A stretch of DNA of 64,000 nt from Octopus vulgaris (lineage: Eukaryota), in assembly GCA_951406725.2 (NCBI GenBank), contig OX597830.1:36146001-36210000 (forward strand). The letters run 5' to 3'. The notes beneath the pieces were generated by a model, which did no database searches, was not told the origin of the DNA, and was given only the letters and a program-made list of their open reading frames with translations. This document shows, piece after piece, positions 1 to 12,796 of this stretch. The position numbers were made by a program, and so were the translations under genes. Positions within the stretch are counted from its first letter, which is position 1. The number at the start of each line of letters is the position of its first letter.

Positions 1-478
1 TTTCATCCTTTCGGGATCGATTAAATAAGTACCAGTTACGCACTGGTGTTGATATAATCGACTTAATCCCTTTGTCTGTCCTTGTTTGTCCTCTCTGTGT
101 TTAGCCCCTTGTGGGTAGTAAAGAAATAGGTATTTCGTCTGCCGCTACGTTCTGAGTTCAAATTCCGCCGAGGTTGACTTTGCCTTTCATCCTTTCGGGG
201 TCGATTAAATAAGTACTAGTTACGCACTGGTGTCGATATAATCTCCTTAATCCGTTTGTCTGTCCTTGTTTGTCCTCTCTATGTTTAACCCCTTGTGGGT
301 AGTAAAGAAATAGATATTTCGTCTGTCTTTATATTCTGAGTTCAAATTCCGCCGAGGCCGATCTTGCCTTTCATCCTTTCGCGTTCGATAAATTAAGTAC
401 CAGTTGCGTACTAGGGTCAATCTAATCGACTGACCCCTTCCCCAAACATGTCGGGCCTTATGCCTAGAGTAGAAAAGG
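1..478 (+). mobile_element. SINE family A (tRNA-derived), head-to-tail multimer with 184-bp period, cut by the window edge
   Basis: TTTCATCCTTTCG recurs at 1, 185 and 369. Each unit has B-box-like GAGTTCAAATTCC. The last unit ends in the alternative tail GCCTAGAGTAGAAAAG. Confidence 0.85.
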
Positions 479-839
479 ATATATAAGCGTGTTCACTGGT
501 ACAGGATTATAATTTCTTCAGTTGCTATTTGGGAAGCAGTGTTATTCCTAACCCAATCAGAAAACAAAATAAAGACATCCTCCCACTCATCCACAATCAT
601 CACACGGCATTCATCTGTTATCTTGCCAATAATACAGACATCTTTTGTTCATTCAATAACTAGGGCCATTTATGACGGGTATACAGTAATATTTTAATCC
701 TTTAAAGTTAACCGTTAATCCTAGTTGTTTTTAATATTTAATCTGTTCGCAAATCCTCGCCAAAAGATTCTAAATCACTGCCATGAATACTCCTGAATGT
801 TTCAAGCAGTCTACGAAATTTTTTCCTCTCTCACTCACT

Positions 840-894
<55 letters not shown>

Positions 895-953
895 AGTATA
901 TGCCTACATACATACATACATACATACATACAGACAGACAGACAGACAGACAT

Positions 954-991
<38 letters not shown>

Positions 992-1614
992 GTGTACAGT
1001 ATTTATATATATATAAATGTATATACAGTATATACATATACGCATATATGAACTATACCGATATATATACAAATGGGAAAATTACACTTGAATATATATA
1101 TATGTATAAATATGTGTGTATGTATATATATATACACACATACATTTATATATTACATACATACATACATACATAGAATACATGCTTTTGTGTACACATG
1201 CTTATATACAAACATGCCAATATATCTACATGCAACAAAATATATTCACAAATATTCACACATACAAGTACACATACCAATAAACAAAAAAAAAATATAA
1301 GGATTGTTAGCACAATCTTTTCCACCTTAATAGTTTCTAGCGAAGTTTTCTTCATTATAGTTTTTCACCGCATTTTTTCCCCACTATATATTTTCTCTCT
1401 GCCACATTCTTAATTTTTCATCTTTTTTGTGTTTCCATGACAACTGTTTAAAGCAAGAAACTGTGTGAAGACCATCAATTATCTTTAGATTTAGTCTCGT
1501 AATGTTCTCATATTTTAACCTATTTGTGAAGCACCGTATTTCGTTGTATTTATTTCTGACCGTTTTTAATAATTTGTATCCACACTAATTGTATTCATTA
1601 TAGTATATGTACGC

Positions 1615-1679
<65 letters not shown>

Positions 1680-1680
1680 C

Positions 1681-1722
<42 letters not shown>

Positions 1723-2302
1723 ATTTATATATGTATATATGCATGTGTGTGTGTGTGTGTGTATGCATGTTTGTGTCTGCGTTCGTTTATATGTGTGTGT
1801 GTGTTTGTGGGTTGCGTCTGAGTGCGTGTAGATTAATTGCATACAAAATATAGGTTTTTTTTTGTAGTGTGGAGAGTCTTTTTTAATCTTTAGATTTGAC
1901 TGGAGTAACACGAAATAATATACATCTTGTCTGATGTTGAACTGAGCTGTAAATGATTTAAATGGTTTCTCTTAGGCTAAAGAAGCTTTGAATTCCTTAT
2001 ACATACATGCATATACACGTAGATAGACCGATACATATATACCTACATACGTACATAGAGAAACAGAGAGAAAGAGAGAGAGAGAAAAAGAGAGAGGTCT
2101 CTGAAATTCCAAAACTGATATCTAGAAAGATTAATTTATTTCAGTATATTTTCCCTTCTCTTACAGCGTGACTAAATTGAAGTAAAACAAATGAAACCAG
2201 TATTATATTTTGATAAAACGGTAAATACTTTCTTTTATTCATGATACAGTTCTCAAAACAGAACATTTTCGCTTTTAATTCATCATTATATATACACACG
2301 TG

Positions 2303-2516
2303 TAAAGCGGTGAACTGGTAGAAACGTTAGCAAGCCGGGCAAAATGCTTAGCGGCATTTCGTCAGTCTTTATGTTCCGAGTTCAAATTCTGCAAAGGTTG
2401 ACTTTGCCTTTCATCCTTTCGGAGTAGATAAATTAAGTACCAGTGAAACACTGGGGTCGATTTAACCGACTACTCCCCTCCCACAAATTTCGGGCTTCGT
2501 GCCTATATTAGACAGG
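2303..2516 (+). mobile_element. SINE family A monomer
   Basis: Head GCGGTGAACTGGTAGAAACGTTAGC (A-box-like), GAGTTCAAATTC, body GCCTTTCATCCTTTCGG. Confidence 0.8.
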
Positions 2517-2622
2517 GTTTTATACGCATACCACACGGCATACACACGCACACACACGCACAAACACGTACACACATGTACACGCATATTATATGCATAT
2601 ATTTATGTGCATATATATATAT

Positions 2623-3325
2623 GGTTTACAGTTCCATTATAGGTATTATCAACAAAAACGGTCATCGATACAGGAAGAGTTAAATATCAAGATGATGTAT
2701 ACAATTACAAAAGGACTACCAATAGTTTCATGCTTTAAGATACTGTAAGCTGGCAGATCTATATATAACGATGCCATGTATCTCCAAGCAATCTTTCAGG
2801 CTCAGTTCACGACGTTAGGTGTTTTTAAAAACCAGGACGCTGGACTATGAGAAAAGATGAAAAAAAGCGAGAGGAAAATAAACGAAAAAAAAACATAGAG
2901 CAGGTTCATTGAAATAGTGGAACGAGAAGAAAGAAAAGAAACCGAAGACCTTCGTCTTCTTTGACTGTAGAAACCATAATTAATGTAGCTAATTCAGAAT
3001 AATATAACAGAACGGAAGGCAAAGACAGTGAAATAGCTACGCAATCCGGAGCTGGTGGCGTCCTCCAGTTCAAAGAAAGACATATATCTCCGTGTTTGCA
3101 TTTGCTAAAAATTTCGCATCTGGAATTCAGTAGTGTGGTGATATTCAGCCTCAGAATGGACACATATTTCTTCGAGAACCTCTACAAAAACGATGACGCT
3201 GCATGTCTAATAATAATTCCCCAATTCACACGCTCCGACACAAGTACCTGTATCGTGGGTTCCTCGGCACACTTTTCACTGACATTGAGTATATTTGCGT
3301 GTTGTTTGCGAGAAACAATATACAT
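2623..3325 (-). mobile_element. Penelope-like retroelement remnant (endonuclease C-terminus plus 3' region with a degenerate hammerhead)
   Basis: Minus-strand translation TLLNSRCEIFSKCKHGDICLSLNW resembles the LLNxRxEIxxxCRH C-terminus of Penelope-like GIY-YIG ORFs. It is homologous to about 10225-10300 (-). The terminus at 2623 resembles the one at 9822. Confidence 0.65.
2713..2803 (-). ncRNA. Degenerate type-I hammerhead ribozyme
   Basis: Minus strand: GAGC CTGAAAGA (one extra nt) T, long stem II (TGCTT/AAGCA, GAGATAC/GTATCTT, TGGCA/TGCCA), T GAAA C TATTG GTA GTCC. Stem I is weak (3 of 4 pairs). Confidence 0.5.
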
Positions 3326-4902
3326 ATTCGTGTGTGCGCTTGTATGTGTGTGTGTGTGCGAACACGCGTGTATTCCATGTATGTCTGTCTGTCTTTCTGT
3401 CTGTATATATATATGTATGTGTGTGTGTGTGTATGTGTGTATGTGTGTGTGTATGTGTGTGTGTATGCATATATGTATTTATATATGTTTGCTTGTAATT
3501 ACGTGCGTATGTATATACTAAAATCTATTGTATGTATGTAGGTAAATATATAAATACCAAAATCCTGTGGTTTTATGTTTATCTCATTTTCCTGCAGCAG
3601 TTTACTTTGAAAGGTGCATTTCTCTTTCATTATTTCCATATATTTTCATAATCAGTGGAGAGGAATCGGTAGTAAAACAATAGGGAGAAAAATTAAGAAT
3701 ACACTATCGAAAGAAATATAAAACAAAAGAAGTTAAAATACAACAAATGTGATAAATAAAATGGAATTATTACCGGAAATAAATACAAAATTTGAATCGA
3801 TTTTATTTGTTGCAGAAAATATATATTTTAAATGTCTAACAAAATTTCATCATCTAAATGGTTTTATATTTGAGTCATTATCTTCCTTCATTTTCAATTT
3901 TATCGATAAAATTCCTTGTTCTGTTTAGTTTATTTTATTCATTCGTCCTCGTTTTGATTTTGTTTTATGGGGAAGGTAGGGTTGTTATATTATGGATTTT
4001 GGGGGTTTTGTTTTTAATAATTATCTATTAGATATGTAAAAGGTCATAAATTTAGGGAAGGGAATGGTCGGTTGCATAGATGCCAGTGCTTAACTCTTAA
4101 TTTTTCTCTGTTTTTTAACGAGTATGAAATGATAAAGAGTAAATATTAATCACTGCTGGATTTGAACTCGGAACAAATAACTGAAGGAGTTGTCTCTCGC
4201 TCAATCAACTCCATCGTTTCTAATGAGACTAATTCTTTCAGTTATAAGTACAAGGCCTGAAATTTTGTAGTGGGCAGGTTGGTTTCGTCTCCCCCAGTAC
4301 CCTATAGGTACTTATATTATCGACCCTGAAGGATTGAAAGGCTAAATCGACCTCAGCGGCATTTGAACATCTAATATTTTATCTCTTAATTCTTCCAATC
4401 ATTTGACTGTGACCGTGCCGGCGCGCCGATTAGAAGTACTTTAGAAGAACAAATCGACCACAGTACTTTTTTTTAAGCCTGATACTTATTCTGTCGGCTT
4501 CTTCGCCAAACCGCTAAGTTACGCAGACGTAAGCACACCAACACCGATTAACAAGCGATGGCGGTTGAAAAATACAAATACAAAGGCACACACATAGATG
4601 AGAATTTCTTACATTGACACAAGAGATCAATTTCCGGAGATAGGGCAAAGTACTATACACTAGTACTTCACTAGTACTTTTTTATATGAAATCTGCAAGA
4701 ATTTGAGCTCAAAACGTGAATCGCTGGATGAAAAGCTATTAAACATGATTATTTCTGACAAAGGCACATGACTAGAAATTTATAAGCAGGGGTTCGTTCA
4801 TTAAATACACTATAATATTTACCCCCTGTGGGCAATGGAGAAATAAATACACTAATATTTATACTGGATAAATATTACCTTTTGATATTAATGTTGGTTC
4901 TG

Positions 4903-5000
4903 TGAAGGCGCGTGACATAGTGGTTCACTGTCGCAAGGTCGTGAGTTCCATTCCCGGCGACACGTTTTTGTCCTTGAGCAAGACTCTTATTTCTGCTTTG
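4903..5000 (+). mobile_element. tRNA-headed CORE-like SINE fragment (family D)
   Basis: GAAGGCGCGTGACATAGTGGTT...GAGTTCCATTCCC...GTCCTTGAGCAAGAC; similar to 61741-62070. Confidence 0.55.
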
Positions 5001-5059
5001 TACCTTGAATTTAGGCCATTCTATTAAAATTAATGATCGTGTTAAATATAGTGTTGTTT

Positions 5060-6137
5060 ACATTTAGTGATGACTCATAAACCAATAACGCGTGATGATA
5101 TTGAATGCCCCATATTTGGTACTCCATGTGATCTTAGCGAGCGAGTTTTGCCAACTTAGAAGGACTTACTAAAATGTGTTTTATTCGAATGAGAAAAAGA
5201 AAAGAATGTAGTTAAGAAAGACCCTTCAATTAAACAAACTGTCAAAATTGTAGCGCAAAATTCTTCTTCGGCAAAAGGCATTCATCCCTTGTGTTAAAAT
5301 TGAGTCAGTTAAACCAAAAATCTTACACGTTTATCTAAAGTACTAAGCATTACTAAAACCTGTGGAAAATAGAAAAAAATGTACCATCGTTTCAAACAAA
5401 GTGTAATGTGTTTAAAAACAATGCAACAAACGATTTGACATTTCCTGTTGCAAGTGCAACTCTTTTAAAAACTGCAGTTGTAGTAGGCAAAAAAGTACCA
5501 CAGAGCAAACAAGATTTTTTTACAAGTTCAACGGACAACTCGAAAAGTGATCATTGGTGGAATAGACCAAGCAGTATCTAAACAAAATGTTCAGAGGTTG
5601 ATTAGAAAGAATCGGCCAGATCACAATCGCCAATCTACGTCAGCAAAAGAAAGTCTAAGAGTTTCGGTTACCTTTTGCCAAAGAAGAATTATCTTTCCTG
5701 CTACAATCTTGAAAATATGTTTAATTCATTTTAATGTGTGTGTAATCTCGGCCGCATGTATCACACATATTCTGTGACCTAGTATTAAAAATAATAAATC
5801 AAACAAAGTCGAAAAGTATATTTCACATAATTTCGAAATTTTAAGTGCGTTGCGGAGAGATTGAGATTTTTAAAACTCCTGTTTTTAAAGGATTTCGCAA
5901 AAGAAAATTGATTCGTAACAATGAATCTAAACATAAAATGAAGAACGGTAAACGTGTTATAAATTGATTTTTCGCTCATTATTCAAAATTTCAAGTGGGC
6001 TGCGGAGCCTGAAGATGTAAATTTAAGAACTTCAGATTTTAACACAGTTGTTTTTAAAGGATTTCGTAGCAAAAGTGTATTCTTGAAAACATATTTCGAA
6101 AATTTATGCAAAAAGTACCTTTTTTCGCTGCACCCTA
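5060..6137 (+). mobile_element. Decayed DNA transposon, hAT (hATm-like) transposase N-terminal pseudogene and one end
   Basis: Frameshifted translation CPIFGTPCDLSERVLPT*KDLLK...KAFIPCV...RFDISCCKCNSFKNCSCS...KVP...FL..QRTTRKVIIGGIDQ. Subterminal direct repeats at about 5833-5897 and 5983-6067. End CACCCTA (TAGGGTG on minus). Superfamily assignment is from memory. Confidence 0.5.
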
Positions 6138-7183
6138 ATTTGTGTGTATGTGTGTGTGTGATTTCTAAGTACCATAGTTTGATAGCGGCAGTCATTTTCA
6201 TCAGACTTTTGTTGTTGGTATAATAAAATAATAGCAACGTTTCACGTGATGTGTGATGTTTCTGATATTTTTTCTAGAGCTCTGATAAAATGATAGCAAA
6301 ACTCACATATGTCGACAAGTCGACATTAGTTCTGGCTTTCTTTTCTATGTTGTAGGCTAGATTATAATATGAAGACTCTCAGCTGAACACAATTTGTAAC
6401 AAGTCATTCTCGACTTGCAAACACAGTAACGAATGCTTGCTTTGTATTTTTAGGGCAACAAGCAGATTCCCAGTCATATCACACATCAAGTGATTCACCG
6501 AATTTTTTTTCTTAAGGCTTCAATATTAGTACGAAAGTTTGCTGCGAATCAATAACTCTAAATTACTGGATACTATTGTAAGGCTACTGTACGGAAGTAG
6601 TTACACTAAATGTATAATAGCAGAATGTACGGATTATGTTGGCAGCACTTAGGTGGTTTACAAAACAGAAAAGAAACGTCTAACCAGCCATTAAATATAC
6701 ACATACATATATACACATATATACATATATATATATATACATGTATCCAAACATGAACTGCATGCGTGCTTATGATCTTATTTATTCTTCGTTTTGGTTG
6801 TAAATATTCGCTGTTGCTGTTCTTGTTGTTACTGCTGTTGTTGCTGTTGCTGTTGATGTTGATGCTTTTATTTGTTGCTGTTGTTTTCTTGTTGTCTGGT
6901 ATTGTTGATGCTCTTTTCATTGTTGTTTTCTATTCGTCCCCCTCCAGATACATTGCGTCACCCTCATCAATATCCTGACGTCCATCTTTAGTTCTGTTTT
7001 CCTCCACATCCTCCTCCTCCTCCTTCTTCTTCTTCGTCTTCTACTTCTTTTTCTCTTTTCCTTTTATTTCACCTTCTTCAAAGCTGTATCTTTCTATTTT
7101 TCTTAACATTCTATCCCTTAGCTCTTTCTCATTCTTCTCGTTCAGCTATTTTTAATCTTCTACTTTTTTCCACCAGTCTTCTT

Positions 7184-7212
7184 TCACATTATTATTATTA
7201 TCAGTATAATTA

Positions 7213-7243
<31 letters not shown>

Positions 7244-7310
7244 CATTATTATTATTATTATTATTATTATCATTATTATTATTATTATTATTATTATTAA
7301 TATATTATTA

Positions 7311-7347
<37 letters not shown>

Positions 7348-7382
7348 CATTATTATTATTATTATTAATATTATTATTATTA

Positions 7383-7423
<41 letters not shown>

Positions 7424-7436
7424 ATTACTATTGTTT

Positions 7437-7472
<36 letters not shown>

Positions 7473-8400
7473 TCATTGTTATTGTTATTGTCGTTGTTAT
7501 TTTTTATTATTGTCATCATCATCATCATCATCAACAACATCATTACCATCATTCTCATTCTACTTCTTCAGCACTCAACCTTTACCTCACCACCACCACT
7601 ACCACCACCACCACTACTCCACTTCCTGCATATTTTACTTCCAAACAATGTTATTGTTTGTATCACGTTAACAAGGAACTTTCAGAATATAGAAGCTTTC
7701 TACCAGAGTGATGTGTTTATTTAAAGCTTCATTTCTATAAACATAAATAATATTGTACTTTTTTTTTCTGTTAATTCTTGTTTTGTTATTTGCTATTAAC
7801 TTTACTAGACATTGTTTGAAGACATATGTGAGAGCTTGCTTTCATCTTCTTTTTCTTCTACTTCCTCTTTTCTTTTCTTTTCTTTTCTCCTTAACCGCCT
7901 TCTGCACTTTCTTCTCTTCCTTCGTCTCTCTTCTATTCTTCTTTTTCTTCTTCCTCAATATTTTCTTCATCGTCATCTTCTTTTCCTTCTACATCATCAT
8001 CTTCTTCCTCATTATTTTCTTCTTCTTCTCCTCCTCTTTCTTTTTCTTTCTCCTCCTCTTTCTTTTTCTTTCTCCTCCTCTTTCTTTTTCTTTCTCCTCC
8101 TCTTTCTTTTTCTTTCTCCTCCTCTTTCTTTTTCTTTCTCCTCTTCTTCATCAGTATCATCGTCGTCTTTTTCTTCTTCATCACTATGTTCTTCTTCTCC
8201 TCATCTTTCTTTTTCTTTCTTCTCTTCTTTAACATCATCATCTTTTTCTTCTTCATCATTATTTTCTTCTTCTTCTCCCTTTTCTTTTTTCTTCTTCTTC
8301 ATCATTATCATCTTCTTTTCCTTCTTCCCTTCCTCCTCCTCCTTTAGCTTTCTTTCTTTCTCCTCATTCGCCCCCCCCCCCCCCGCTAAGGTTATTATTA
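7184..8400. repeat. Compound microsatellite / low-complexity tract: (ATT)n, (GTA)n, (ATC)n and pyrimidine-rich sequence with 22-bp repeats
   Basis: Seen directly; it explains the poly-N/I/T/F/S ORFs. Confidence 0.95.
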
Positions 8401-9821
8401 CCGTCGTTGTTAAAGTTGTTTGTTTCTATTGGTGCTAATTCCTTACTGCCCCTGTTGCTACTGCCACTAACACCACAAAGGAAACTCTGCCTTTGCTGCT
8501 AATACTACTACTAAAACCACTAACACTACCACTAACACTACCACTACAACTACTTCTACGATTACTAGTTCCATGCACTAATTGCATTACTCAGTCTGTT
8601 GATAATGCACCAACACACATTTCTATGAAAGTTTTTTTCTCTTTCTCTCTCTCTCACTTATTTGTTAGCTCTCTGTCTCACCCATATCTCTCCCTTCCTT
8701 GCTCTCTTACACACATACACACACAATATGCTTAACACTTCTCGGGTGAACTATAACTAAAGAAATATATAATTCACAAAAGCTCTGTACTTTTTATTTA
8801 TTTATTTATTTAATGCAAGAAAGAATATATAATACAACAAACGAAAACTAAGATTCAACGCGAAATAAAATCAGGAACACAAAAAAAAAAAAACGAGAAA
8901 AAGTTTCAAAAATTGCCAAAAAGAATTTCTAAAAATAGAAGAGTTTTAAAAGACAACGTAACATTTATTGCTTCTTGCCAATGCAACAACTTAAAGTGAA
9001 AGTGTTGCATTATTTACTACAAACAATCACAATACATGGTACAAATCGATGCAAAAAAATGTTTAAAATAATAAATCAATAAACAAATAAATTTACAACA
9101 GATATTTGATATTATTATTACTACTATTACTAATACTACTGTTACTACTACTACTACAATTATTATTATTATTATTGTTGTTGTTGTTATTATTATCGCT
9201 ACTACTACAACTATTATTATTACGATCGTTATTTTTATTATCACCATCGTCTTTACTATGTATTTATAACGTGGCATCGAGAGTTTTCCTTTTTACTTCA
9301 AAAATAATTGGACACATCTTGGAAAACATGTATGAAAATGTTAAAGGTGAAAATACTTTAACATTATTAACAGGTCTTAGTATTACCAGTTTGTTGAACG
9401 TGCCGATGGCCATCGTTATAGGTAATTTTTTTCAAATTCTTCACACAAGTGGTTTATACAAGTGTTTGCATATCATTCTAGGTTTAACCATTGTAAATAA
9501 AATGATGGAAACATTCTTCTATTCTTTTAGTTTTGCAATCTTTTGCTTCATTCAATCAGTGGTCTGCGGCTATGTTGGGACCTCGTCTTGATGGTTTTAG
9601 TCGAACAAAACGACCACAGTAATTATTTTGATGTTGTTCTTTTGTCAAACTGCCGTGGTACACTGACATAAACAGACTGCTGTTTGTTGTCAAGAGAATA
9701 GTGGCAAATAAATACAAATACATACAGATACATACGTCTATACACAAATATGTATGCATGAATAATTACAAAGAGAAATTTATACATACTCATATACATA
9801 TTATACTGTGTGTGTACATGT

Positions 9822-10610
9822 GTGTTTACAGCTCAGTTATTAGTGGTATCAACAAAAGTATTACTTCGTCTTGTGAGAGAAATCATTTAATATACGTAGG
9901 CTTCAAATGCGAGCTTCTATAAGAGCAATACCATTGATTATACAACGGCCGGAAGAACATTTATAGTGTGCCTTGTATTTTCAGGGAATTATCCAGGCTA
10001 GTAATGTATCACTGAGGAAAAGCGAAAAAGGCCGAAAACAAACAAGAGAAAAAGGTAAATGCAAAAACAAAAATGGAAATGAGAAAAAAGAAGCATTAAA
10101 GGAAGGCGGATAAGTGTTGCATCCCCTAGACCCGTAATAATTAATATGATTAGTTTAGTTTAGTTAATTCAGCGGGGTAAAGTTAAAGTTTCTTGTAATT
10201 CTACAAGCTTATTCCGGAGAGTATTCCAGTTCAATAAGAGAAGCTTATCCGGATGCTGAAAATTAGTGAAAATTTCGGGCCTAGAATTCAGTAGATTAAA
10301 AAAGATATGTTTCGGCTATACAAAGCCTGTAACACTGTGACCCATTAAAAGTATGGCTTGGATCATTCTACTATATTCCACTTGATGTTATGTGTTACTA
10401 TTGGCCTACAGATCCCCGATATCATTAGTTAATTTAGTGCTTTTCTTCTTAACAACGCGCAGGAACAAGACTTTTTTTAAAGACACTTTCGCATATACCG
10501 ATATACTTTTTTTCATTGAGTTTTGTTAATTTTTAAAGATCTGATGTAAATTCAGCTTCGTAAACTGCTGAGTTAACCATGAATGTCTGGTCGAGTGTGG
10601 CAAACAAATC
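9822..10610 (-). pseudogene. Penelope-like GIY-YIG endonuclease remnant
   Basis: Minus strand across frameshifts and stops: VNSAVYEAEFT...KYIGICESVFKK (YIG at 10505-10497)...KKKSTKL...KWNIVE*SKPY..NGSQCYRLCIAE...NLLNSRPEIFTNFQHPDKLLLLNW. Confidence 0.7.
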
Positions 10611-10777
10611 TATAGCATTGAACAGAAGTATTGAGCAGAATATATCTGGTAGCCCATCGTTTATACTAAGACATAAAATGTACGTTAGCACTGCCAAACA
10701 GCTAAGATCAGATACCATGAGAGTCACTGCCTGGCATACCATCAGGGCATTTATTGTTGTTGCTGTTGTTTTTTGTC

Positions 10778-10990
10778 AAGGCGGCGAGCTGGCAGAAATG
10801 TTAGCATGCCGTACTAAATGCTTATCGGCATTTCATCTATCTTTACATGCTGGGTTCAAATTCTGCCATGGTCGACTTCGCCTATCATCCTTTCGAGCTC
10901 AATAAAATACGTACCAGTTTAGCACTAGGGTCGATGTAACCGACTTGCCCCTTCTCTGAATTTGGTGGCCTCGTGCTAAATTTTGAAGTT
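10778..10990 (+). mobile_element. SINE family A monomer
   Basis: AAGGCGGCGAGCTGGCAGAAATGTTAGC head, GGGTTCAAATTC B-box. Confidence 0.8.
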
Positions 10991-11001
10991 ATTATCATTG
11001 C

Positions 11002-11032
<31 letters not shown>

Positions 11033-11731
11033 GTTGTTATTGTTGCTGCTGCTGCTGCAGTTGTTTGACGAGGAAATACAAATGAGTAAATAATAAATAA
11101 TTCAGATACATTTGTAAATTCAAGCGAACTGGTACGAAACAGCGGTAAAGGGAACGGAATATATGAAGTATGAAGATAAAGGATGTAATGACTTAGAAGC
11201 AACAAGAAACGTGTGGAGACGAGAAGAGAGGGAGAGAGAGAGGAGGAAAGATATACACAACACACCCACCCACACTCACACACACACACACATATATAGT
11301 GAGTGAGAGAGAGAAGGAAAGAAATAATCTGATATGCGCGCACACACGTATATGTAAATTTACATATACATGTGTATATCCATGCCCATATGTGTATATA
11401 AATACATACCTACATATTTAACACTTATATGTGTATGTATGTATGTATGTATGTAGGTAGGTAGATAGGTTGGTAGGTAGGTAGGTAGGTAGGTAGGTAG
11501 GTAGGTAGGTAGGTAGGTAGGTAGGTAGGTAGGTAGGTAGATATGCATGCATGCATGCTTGCATGTACGTAGGCGGAGGCATGTTTGTAAGATTAAAAAG
11601 TTTGTCATTAGCCACGTAGATTCAGTTTTAGGCTCCGTTCCAACGTGAGGAAACATTGTAGTTCTGACTCTGATCCAGAGTCGACTTGTGTCACGTGAAT
11701 GAAATTTGGTAGACTGAAACTGAAGAGAAAC

Positions 11732-12150
11732 AAGGCGGCGAGCTGGCAGAAACGTTAGCACGCTGAGCGAAATGCTTAGCGGTATTTCGTCTGCCGTTAC
11801 ATTCTGAGTTCAGATTTCGACGAGGTCGACTTCACTTTTCATCCTTTCGGGGTCGATAAATTTAGTACTAGTTACGCACTGGGGTCGATATAATCGACTT
11901 AATCCGTTTGTCTGTCCTTGTTTGTCCTCTCTGTGTTTAGCCCCTTGTGGGTAGTAAAGAAATAGGTATTTCGTCTGTCGCTACGTTCTGAGTTCAAATC
12001 CCGCCGAGGTCGACTTTGCCTTTCATCCTTACGGGGTCGATTAAAGAAGTACCAGTTACGCACTGAGGTCGATGTAATCGACTTAATCCGTTTGTCTGTC
12101 CTTGTTTGTCCCCTCTGTGTGTAGCTCCTTGTGGGCAGTAAGGAAATAAG
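11732..12150 (+). mobile_element. SINE family A dimer
   Basis: Full head AAGGCGGCGAGCTGGCAGAAACGTTAGC followed by two body+tail units joined at AAAGAAATA|GGTATTTCGTC. Confidence 0.85.
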
Positions 12151-12579
12151 GAAGCTGTAGAGAAACCCGTTGTACACATATATGCATGTGTGTATATTAG
12201 TTGTCTTGTTTATTTTCCCCATCTAGTTTTTTCAATTGTTTGTAGCTATAAAATGATGTCAACCATAAATAAGAATAAGGACTGGTGCCGATACATAAAA
12301 TTGGCAAAGTTGATCATTGTCGAGCGAATAGCTAAAGAAACTACTGAGCCATATCACGTTTTCCTCGTGATAGGAAACGTTTTAGGTCTTGGTACTAACA
12401 ACACATTGTTGATGAAATGTCAGTAAATCTCGAGTAGATTGGTTACTTTAGTTTTACAGAACTTATCAACGAACACACAATGTGTATGTGTGTGTCTGTA
12501 TGTGTGTTTGTGCGTGTGTATTATATACATTTGGTAAATCTCATTTAAACTTAAAGGTCATAAATATTACAGCAGCATA

Positions 12580-12796
12580 CGAGGGGGTACTGAAAAATTC
12601 CTGACTTTAAGGGTATCGCGAAGGCCCTGGCTGGAGACCCGACCTTCCGAGTTCTTTTACAGGACTTTGAAAGACTGAAGGACCGCTGCAATAAGTGCGT
12701 GAATCTGAAAGGGGAATAGGTTTGATAGAATCATAGTTGACAGATACCCCTGTATTTTTCTTTTACCCATCCACTAGTACTTTCAGCATTCACCGG
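12580..12796 (+). mobile_element. Mariner-derived MITE
   Basis: TA-flanked. Imperfect TIRs CGAGGGGGTACTGAAAA / TTTCAGCATTCACCGG. The interior encodes a transposase C-terminus-like peptide (EFFYR...LKDRCNKCVNLKGE). Confidence 0.65.

Noticed and set aside
1-478. 184-bp SINE multimer as a ribozyme-containing retrozyme
   Set aside because: No CUGANGA/GAAA core was found on either strand of the unit.
9890-10050. Possible HHR downstream of the GIY-YIG remnant (CTGAAAA..GAAGC on minus; CTGAGGA..GAAA on plus)
   Set aside because: Core and stems are too degenerate to support a call.
10533-10742. LSINDGLP..LF as a CR1/L2 RT motif
   Set aside because: There is no ADD motif or further RT context, and the downstream half is better explained as a Penelope GIY-YIG.
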